The notes under the pieces are model-generated. The model searched no databases and had not been told where the DNA came from. It saw nothing but the letters and a program-made list of their open reading frames with translations. From Eledone cirrhosa (lineage: Eukaryota), in NCBI GenBank assembly GCA_964016885.1, contig OZ024740.1, positions 188,232,001-188,296,000 of the forward strand: 64,000 nucleotides of DNA, given 5' to 3'. Every line of letters starts with the position of its first letter. The stretch's first letter is position 1. This document shows positions 55,513-64,000 of the stretch, in pieces. Both the position numbers and the translations under genes were made by a program.

Positions 55513-57517
55513 TTTAACGTGTTTGATTAGATCTTACAGTAATGTGAAATTTCAGATTTGTCATAAATTTACAGCCTTGAAGAAATGTTAACCTTTCCAT
55601 TCTTTTGTTGTTGATACTTTGAAACATATCTAAGTAATGTTGTTTAGTTAAACTCATTTAGTTGAATGATATTAGAGATTTATTTCGAATAATTCTTAAA
55701 AAAAGTCTCATGACCAAATTTTATCATTGGTGTTAAGAGGCTCACTAGCTAAGATAACATCTGGCTATGTACAATATTTCAATATACAATGAACACAAAA
55801 ATATATAGATAAGAAAAATTGGATATTAAAAGATGAGAGCGAGCAATAATAGGGGAAATGGTGATGATAGATAATATGTTTTATATCTTTTGAACATTTT
55901 GAATAACATGACAAAATCACAACCTCTGAGAAACTAAGTTTCTTGAATATTTTAATTTGTTTCCATAATGTTTTTAACCATATGTAGTGATGTTTAGAAG
56001 AGAAGCTCTTGTAAACTTGAGTCTCTCAGCCATACTTTAATTTACCACTGTTGTTAAATTAAGGCATATTAAGGTTTTGATATTTGATTGACCATGTCAT
56101 ATTGTTCTTATTAATATTTGTTTTTCCTTTTATATATTTAATGTTTTGCACAGAATGAAATGAATACTTGTCATCACCAATATTTAGAGTGAAATCATGA
56201 TAGCCATGAGATATCTTGGCAGAATTAATAATAATATACCTGAAAAGAAACAAAGAGTGCAAACTAATTATATGTCTCAGAGGAAACATTGAAATCAAGA
56301 GAAATAAACAACCCTAGAAAATATCCGATTTTAGAACTTGAGCCATAACATGTTCTCAAAAAGCAAACTTGTGTTTGCTAATAAAAAATACTTTGCAATG
56401 TCAACTCAAAATAATGCAAAAAGTAAATCATTTAAACTAGCACCCTAGCATCACAGTGTTATAGTTCAATATATGCTATCTGTTCTTAATGTAATTCAAA
56501 TGTTATTCTCAAACATTGGAGAAAACATGAATGTCAATATTTGGTATCTTCTAGAATTTTAATCATAATATTTGAACAAATTTCTTCAAGCTGAATTAGT
56601 GTACCACAAAGTAAACAGTTGCAATGATTTTGAATTCAGTCTTTATCAATGTTGAAATGAATAAATGAATATATAACTATAATAATGGAGATATATATCT
56701 GATAGTATATAACAAAGATGTAAATGAAATAAATAATCCATTATTTAGTCTCTGTGTATATTATACTTGGTGTTCTATGTATCAATTATGAGTAGAGAAA
56801 TGTAAGGTTGTTGATACTGATTATAGATCAGTATGAAAATAGAATATACACCAAGTTAACAAGATGAAGTAATCATTCAATTTGTTAAGCCATATTCTTA
56901 GCAATGTTCAAAATTAAGTGATAATATCTCATAGTTCTTTAATACATCCACACATAATTCTTTTATGAATGCACACTATCCATATTTGTTTATGCTGGTT
57001 ACTCTATTAAGGTACAAAATAGTACTTATGTGTTCAAAAGATGTTTAACATACAGTCATGGTTTGGGAAAACCAATGTTTAGAGTATTTCTGACTGGTTT
57101 TAATTTGTGTAAAAGCTCTTGCTATATGGACAACATTGGGGAATACAAATTGGTTGATTGTGAAAAATATGATGCACACTGGGTAGATATAATGCTTGGA
57201 ATTCAAAGGTAACCTTCTATTAAGTATTAGTCACAGATGATTGGTGCAATTTCTGTAGGAAGTGATTTACATTGAAACATTTGTAAAACAAAATTGCTTT
57301 TAGATTTATAAATTCATTGCCACATTTGTAGTTCTTTTTATAAGATTTTCTTTTAATTTATTTAAATGCCCATCTTGTCATCATAAAAGACATATTGCAG
57401 GTGCATTGTGACTTGGTCAAAAGTTGACAATCCTTAAATAGTAAGTTAAATAATTTTGCTAAGCAAATATGTAACATGATATCTCCCTGCATATATACAT
57501 ATATATATATAATGGAC

Positions 57518-57557
57518 ATTAGAGCTGAGGATCCACTAAGGTGAAACAATTGTTCTC
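57518..57557 (+). ncRNA. Hammerhead ribozyme-like motif in TA-flanked insert 57508-57660
   Basis: GAG-CTGAGGA-T-CC-ACTAA-GG-T-GAA-ACAATTGT-T-CTC; palindromic stem III, weak stems. Confidence 0.55.
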
Positions 57558-57653
57558 GGTATGGTGAACTAACTGTTGTGTAACCACTTCTACCTAACTC
57601 GTCCCATGGACTGAGTGCTCTACCACTACGGATATTACCTTCCAGTGTTCTAC

Positions 57654-57728
<75 letters not shown>

Positions 57729-57732
<4 letters not shown>

Positions 57733-58092
57733 AGTAAGAATATTTTCGAAACAGCGACTTGGTTTGAAATTATTAAAAATGTAAGCTATCACCGTATTTT
57801 GACTAAAGAAATTAAAGAAATTATTTAGCCTGATAGTGGGGTTAAGAACCCTCGGAGAAATGGAAAAAGATGAGTATTGACATACATGGGAGTCGAACCC
57901 ACATCTTTGGTTATCCAGACCACTGTGTTACCATTTACACCAACACATAACCAAAGATGTGGGCTCGACTCCCTTGTACGTCAATACTCATCTTTTTCCA
58001 TTTCTCCGAGGGTTCTTAACCTCACTATCAGGCTAAATAATTTCTTTAATTTCTTTAGTCGAAATACGGCGATAGCTTACATTTCTAATAAT
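57729..58092 (-). mobile_element. TA-inserted fold-back element with tRNA-like head
   Basis: Arms 57769-57914/57947-58092, tail 57729-57768 homologous to 54030-54070. Confidence 0.85.
57878..57942 (-). other. tRNA-like cloverleaf (5' acceptor strand missing), Pol III A/B boxes
   Basis: TG-GTGT-AAATGGTA-ACAC-A-GTGGT-CTGGATA-ACCAA-AGAT-GTGGG-TTCGACT-CCCAT-GTATGTCA, followed shortly by TTTTT. Confidence 0.7.
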
Positions 58093-58294
58093 ATATATAT
58101 ATATGTATATATATAATCAATAAACAAAGCATGCTTTTCAATGGGGCCATGGGTTGGATGGCAATTTTGATACAGTATCTTTCTGCAAGATTTCCCATCT
58201 GATACCAACACCTTTAGCCACATCTTATGACATGCAGTAATACAGTATACCTATTCTAAAATCTGGGGAAAACAGAATATCATATATACATAAC

Positions 58295-58330
<36 letters not shown>

Positions 58331-59439
58331 GTTATGAATATCTCAGCCTCCCATATTTAGAACAACCTGGTGTGGCAAAGCTCATCACCTGGTAGAAATA
58401 TGTTTAAAAACTAATGAAACACTTGTTAAATTTATGGTATTCTTACCATCTAAGAAAGAAGTCTATTCCTAGACACTGTGCTATTTGAGAATTAACATCT
58501 TTGTTGTGAAAAAAACAAGCCCAGTGAAGTAATATGAACCCCTAACACTTTAGCAAGCCATTAGATAGTCCCAAGTTCAAGTTGACCAATATCTTAATGG
58601 AAACCTCCAGGAAGACAATTGTGTGCATATATGTGTTCCTGTTTTTGAATATAACTTGGTTGGATTAGTGTGTCAAGTTGCATCCATTTACACCAAAACG
58701 TAAAACTTAGCCATTTTTAATAGCTCTCTCTGGAGGATAGGGGCTGTGCCCATTATAGCCTTCACAGATCCACCATGGCAAGAGAGATTGATGCCATTAA
58801 TGATCCACTTAAAATGTTAGAAGTCAATGACTACAAGAATGATGTGCAAGGAGGCATGTCCAGAGTCAATTTTCTGGAGAGGAGAGATTGGGAATAGTGG
58901 CTAGATATAACATGGGTGATGAAAAAAGGGGAGTTGGGAATGCCTAGGTAAAGGTGGATTGAGTGTGGCCATCTCTGAAAGGCAACGCCTAATGTAGTAG
59001 TTTTAGAAAAAGCAGAGAGGCAACAGTATGTATGTGAGACAGGGGCTGATGTGTTGTATCTGTAACGTTATGTCAATCGGTCAAACAGTTCTTCTCTGAA
59101 TGTGGTCCAGGATGTGTGTAATTGTAGAGCAGCCCTCTCCAAGATGTGTGATTTGTAATACATTGTGGGCTTCACACTAGTTTTGTAAGGAGTCAGTAAT
59201 TGTATGTGTGGGGGGAGGGGACTGTCTTCTGACTACAAAAGCCAGTCTTCAAGGTGAAGTCAGCTATGTTAGTGATGTATATTTTCCATGAGAGATTCTC
59301 AGTGTGATTGTAAGGGATTTTGTTGTTTGACACTTATGGTTAATGAAGTGTACAGATACAATATTTTCTTGATATGTGCTGTGTTTTTGTTTTTATATTT
59401 GCTGTTGAATGTTGAGAGAGAGAAACGCTTGATATGGCG

Positions 59440-59720
59440 TTATTGAAGAATACCGTTGAGATCTTTGTTCATAGAACCAGTGCAGATAGGACATGAAGTG
59501 ATTAGGTTGCATGTTCATGATACATAGTTGGTACAACAAGGTTTTACTGTGTGGGAAGTGAAGGGAACATCCAGCATCAAAATGGATTGAGTGTGAAATC
59601 TCAAGAGGAGGTGTGAGTATTGAAATCACCAAGAACGGTGATTTCAGAGGGAGATGAAGGGTGATAGATCTTCTTAATGCAGGAAGAGATATGATCAAAG
59701 GATTGTTGGTGGTTTGTGGA
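59440..59720 (-). mobile_element. Degraded LINE APE endonuclease fragment
   Basis: Minus strand atc acc gtt ctt ggt gat ttc aat act cac = ITVLGDFNTH. Confidence 0.55.
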
Positions 59721-59959
59721 ATTTAGAGAGTGGTAAAGAAGCAGATGCATTTGTAGGATTTGAGAGAATAAATTTGAAACAGAATAACTGGAGGTTTCTT
59801 GATATTTCAGGTTTATACTTGTTTGGTAAATGACTTAATTTGTTGAAACTGAAGTAAATATATTGCCATTCAAAAAGCACACACTGTTATTTTTACTTTT
59901 CATTTATTCCATGGTATCAACATTTTCATTGCTCTCTTTTCAACCGGGTCAAAAAGAAG

Positions 59960-60285
59960 TAGTGAATTTGCAGTGTTGTGAGAACATCAGATAGAATGCT
60001 TTCTGGTATTATTCAATTTGGCTCTCTGCATTTAGAGTTCAGGCCCCACCAAGGTCAATTTTATTTTTCATCATTTCGATGTTGATAAATAAAGTACCAA
60101 TCTAGTACTTGTGTCCAATTTTCCTCTTGATCCCTTTCTCACTTCCTCTCTGTCATTGTCTCCCTCCATCCATAGAAGAAATTGTATGTGTTCAGATCTG
60201 GAGAGGATTGACTCTACCAGGTTTAAAATGCTCAAGATATGTCATATGTCATCCCTATGACACCATCAGGATATTACAAGCCCAT
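59960..60285 (+). mobile_element. SINE family A variant (diverged) with extended body
   Basis: gagttcaggccccaccaaggtc..gataaataaagtacca plus a segment shared with 33000-33117. Confidence 0.55.
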
Positions 60286-60862
60286 GCATACATACAACAT
60301 GGTCATTGACACAATTCCACTGCAACTACAGGAACTGAATCTTGTTTTATCCCCTACACTCATTCCTAGCTGACTCACAGTCACAGACATTTTAAAGATC
60401 CTTTTTTCCTTCTCATCACCAAACCCAACCTCTAACAGTTCAAATGTTTTTGTAGTTAACATCTTCCTATGTGTGAGCTGGAAGTTAGGTATGGAGTTCC
60501 CTACATAATGACGTATGTCTACGCGTGGGCATACGTGCATATTTATATACATATATATATATATGTGTGTGTATATGTGTGTGTATATGTGTGTGTGTGT
60601 GGGGGGGGGGGATTAGTGTATGTGGTAGTGGAACATGAGTAGTTCAAATCTGTTTCTGCCCATATCAGGTCATCAAACCATTGTATTATCATTACTGCTC
60701 AAAATATATCTATTATTTACACATACAACACCATTGCATAGAACCTGGCCTGAATAATTACAATAGAGTGAACTGCACTAAAGGCATTTATTGTTCAGGT
60801 AGTGGTGTTAAACCTGGTAGTGTAAGTTGTATGTGAGTGTGTGTGTATATATATATATATTA

Positions 60863-61053
60863 ATTAAAATAACAGATTAAAGTTTAAGCAAAGAATCGCT
60901 GCTTTCACTCTTAAGGGTGAATGCAGCGATTCTTTGCTTAAAATTTAATCTGTTATTTTAATAAATATTTGCTCTAGAGTTCTTATATATTTGATATATA
61001 TATTTATCCTTATTGAGCCCTCTTTGGATTTTAGTCTTCACATTTATTATTTT

Positions 61054-61057
<4 letters not shown>
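60863..61057 (+). mobile_element. TA-inserted hairpin element
   Basis: Palindrome 60863-60962 centred on TTAA 60911-60914, tail 60963-61057, TA on both sides. Confidence 0.75.
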
Positions 61058-61112
<55 letters not shown>

Positions 61113-62383
61113 CACACAAATGTATATATACATGTACACACATGTATATATTCATATACACACACATATACAGGGTAGAGAATGTCCATCACTGATGAAT
61201 TTTATGTGCACCCATCATATGCATACTTTAATCAGAATCATGATATGGATCCAATATAAGGAGCTGAGATGATTGGAATTATGTTCTCTTTCTCTCTCTT
61301 CATGTATATATTTACATATAGAAGTGATTAACAAGAAGGCAATAATTTGAGGCATCTCCTCCTTGCTGAATTTTATGGTGAAAATTCTTGCTTGTATGTT
61401 ACTCCCTTGAGTAGGATAACTTTTAAGAAGCATACATTCTGAGAGTCATTATGGATGCCAGTACACTTAATCTGCTTTAGATATAAGATCTTTACCTTGC
61501 ATTAACTGCAGCAGGTTGAAGCTGTTATTTGTAATATTTGTTTAGCTCACAAGATTCTGTTATGTACGCTTAAACCACAAATTTTCAGAGCTTGGATGTG
61601 TTGATAGATATTGAAGTGTCTTTCAATTCTCATTGTCCTGTTTTGTAGGTGTTGGTAAAATGGTTTTGCATTTGGTTGTAAGATCAAGAAGGATTATGAT
61701 TTTTGTCCCTTGAATTTTCAATTTTGTCTCATACATTGCAGGTCTGTTGTATTAGACTTCTTCACAATCTTCTGGATTACTACATCACACTCTCAATGAT
61801 TAATTATTTTATGTTCTTTCAAATCTAATGCTGTTGAATTCCTCCAATTTAAATTCTTATTATAACAGTGATGATGTAAGAATATATATGTTACCTTCCT
61901 CTAACAACCTATCAGTTAGATAGAACAATAGCGATATATTACATTAACATAGTCAGATAATGGTACAAAACCATAGTATGGGTTTAATAGTATAGTTACT
62001 ATATATATATACACATACACACATGCATATATACACATTCACACACTTAAGTATGAACCATTGATCCTTTGTTTAATAGTTCTTTTTTCTGTGAGTTAGC
62101 CCATAAAGGAACTGCACTACTGTGAATTGTTGCAGATAATGGTAGACGTATTAACTTAGTGAGACTGAAATGTTCAGAGGAGACATGATGGGGGAGATAC
62201 AAATTAGGCAGATACTGTTGCACTAGAATAAAAGAAAGAAGGATTGTACTGTAGATTACCAAACTCATGAGTTTTTTTTCTTCATGTCTCATTCCAACTA
62301 GACTTATAGGTTTTGAGAAAAGTTGAGGAGTACCTTCTCCTGTCTTCCTCTCATGTATCCTTAAAAATGATATATATATATAT

Positions 62384-62646
62384 AAAATGAAATGTTGTAG
62401 TTTGCTTGAAGCATTGTATATGATATATAATGTGGAGAGAGATATAAGGCTAAACAATGCAAAATGGACTGTAAGATGAAGGTAACAAAAATTTAAGCTA
62501 CCTGGTAATCTTTATTTTGGTTTTTGTTGTTTTTTTCTTTCAACAGTAACAACAAAAGACAAAACCAAGATTACCAGGTAATTTACTTTTTAGGTACCTC
62601 ATCTTACAGTCCATTTTGCATTGTTTAGCCTTATATCTCTTTCCAC

Positions 62647-62653
<7 letters not shown>
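62384..62653 (-). mobile_element. TA-inserted hairpin element
   Basis: Arms ~62424-62532/62547-62653, tail 62384-62423, TA on both sides. Confidence 0.75.
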
Positions 62654-62695
<42 letters not shown>

Positions 62696-62776
62696 TTGTG
62701 TGTTTGTGCAAAGATGGCTGCATGTATGTTAACAATCTTGTTTTAATTTTCTTAGGAAATATTTCACATACTGCCA

Positions 62777-63270
62777 TCATCATCATGTTCATTATCACCA
62801 TCTCATCCTGTTCGAACGCTACTATGCTTTCGAAGCACACACTCCTGTTAATTTGTTGAATTAAGTAATGGAAGCTATCCACTATATCTAGGTTGACCTC
62901 TGAACATTTCAAACACTTTATCTGATTATTTGCTTCAAGGTACCTGCTCTTTATGAATCCTTTTCTTTTAGAAAGCTTATGATTCCATTGCATCTCTCAT
63001 GCACCAGTAGTCTACATTTTGAATACCTAATGTAAACTATTGGTATATGGTATGTTGGAATACCTAATGCAAGGCATTCCTACCTACTCCTTTTGTGTAT
63101 ATGGCCACTTAGCAAATAACAGTATAGTTCTGTCTTCTTTCCTTCTAACTAAAGCATTAAGAGTCTTTCATTTATTATTTTGTTTCCACATTTGTAATTT
63201 CTTCACTAATTCTTTGACAGATACAGATATGAGAAGTAGGCCATCAGATTAAAACTGGAGAGCCAGTATT
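62777..63270 (-). mobile_element. Degraded RTE LINE fragment
   Basis: Minus translation includes VDSFHYL...CFESIVA, homologous to the RTE copies; (cat)n end. Confidence 0.6.
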
Positions 63271-64000
63271 TATCTCCTTTGTTATGGCATGGAGAATTAA
63301 ATAGCCCCAAGCCTTAATGGACATCTACAGGCATGGTAAATTCCTCATTGAACTTATTTCTTACTTTCATCTTGCTGACAAACTCTTTAACCAAATACAC
63401 TGTGATGTATAGGAATGACTTGACATTAAATTCGTTTAAAGACTTTCTGAACTTTTGTTCAGCTAACTATGCATAAATTCAAAGACTTACCCTAATTACA
63501 CATATGTGACTGTGCATGTGTGCGCGTACACACACACACGCGCACACACACACACACATATATACATATTTATGTACACATGCATATATTTAGTTGAAAT
63601 CACTGTCAGTTCTCAACTAGTCAAGCCTGCTAAGCTGAAAATTGAAACTTGAAAGTGCAATTCCTAGATATATTATATATCCTGTAGATAAATGGGGCAT
63701 TCAAAACACCATGTAAAGTGAAAGTATTCAGCAGTGATCTATCATGCCATTAAGAGATTATGGGATTACTTTTTATATGCACACATATGGTATACATATA
63801 GATGAGCCAATGAAAGAACCTGCACATGATTTTTGTACAGTGAGAAATAACAGCCAAATTCTTCTCAAATCACAACATTCGGTTTTATGAAAGGAAGAAT
63901 AGATTAGACTATATGGTTTAGGATTATATGTACAAAAAATGGGATAGTCACAGTTGGAATGACTTGATCATATGGTATGCTTTGTCAAGGATGAATTTTA

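Noticed and set aside
57878-57942. Functional tRNA-Ser(GGA) gene
   Set aside because: 5' acceptor strand missing, mismatched anticodon stem, short variable loop, embedded in a repeat

Overview
AT-rich, repeat-dense eukaryotic non-coding DNA (intronic or intergenic). The repeat content suggests a cephalopod such as Octopus; that is inference only. I can support no host protein-coding gene, and most short ORFs in the track are microsatellite artefacts. Recognisable content: three 5'-truncated RTE-clade LINEs plus many RTE fragments, CR1-type, APE and R4/Dong-type LINE relics, two tRNA-derived SINE families, small MITE candidates and many (TA)n tracts. The main signal is about 12 unrelated non-coding fold-back (long inverted-repeat) elements inserted in (TA)n tracts. 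Most share one asymmetric design: inverted copy + sense copy + unique tail. About 11 type-I hammerhead ribozyme motifs can be folded by eye in these and related TA inserts. Two elements also carry head-to-tail repeats defining 484-bp and 542-bp monomers, and one family has a tRNA-like Pol III head instead of a ribozyme. This fits a diverse set of non-autonomous, TA-targeted Penelope-like/retrozyme-like elements. All coordinates and folds were derived by eye.
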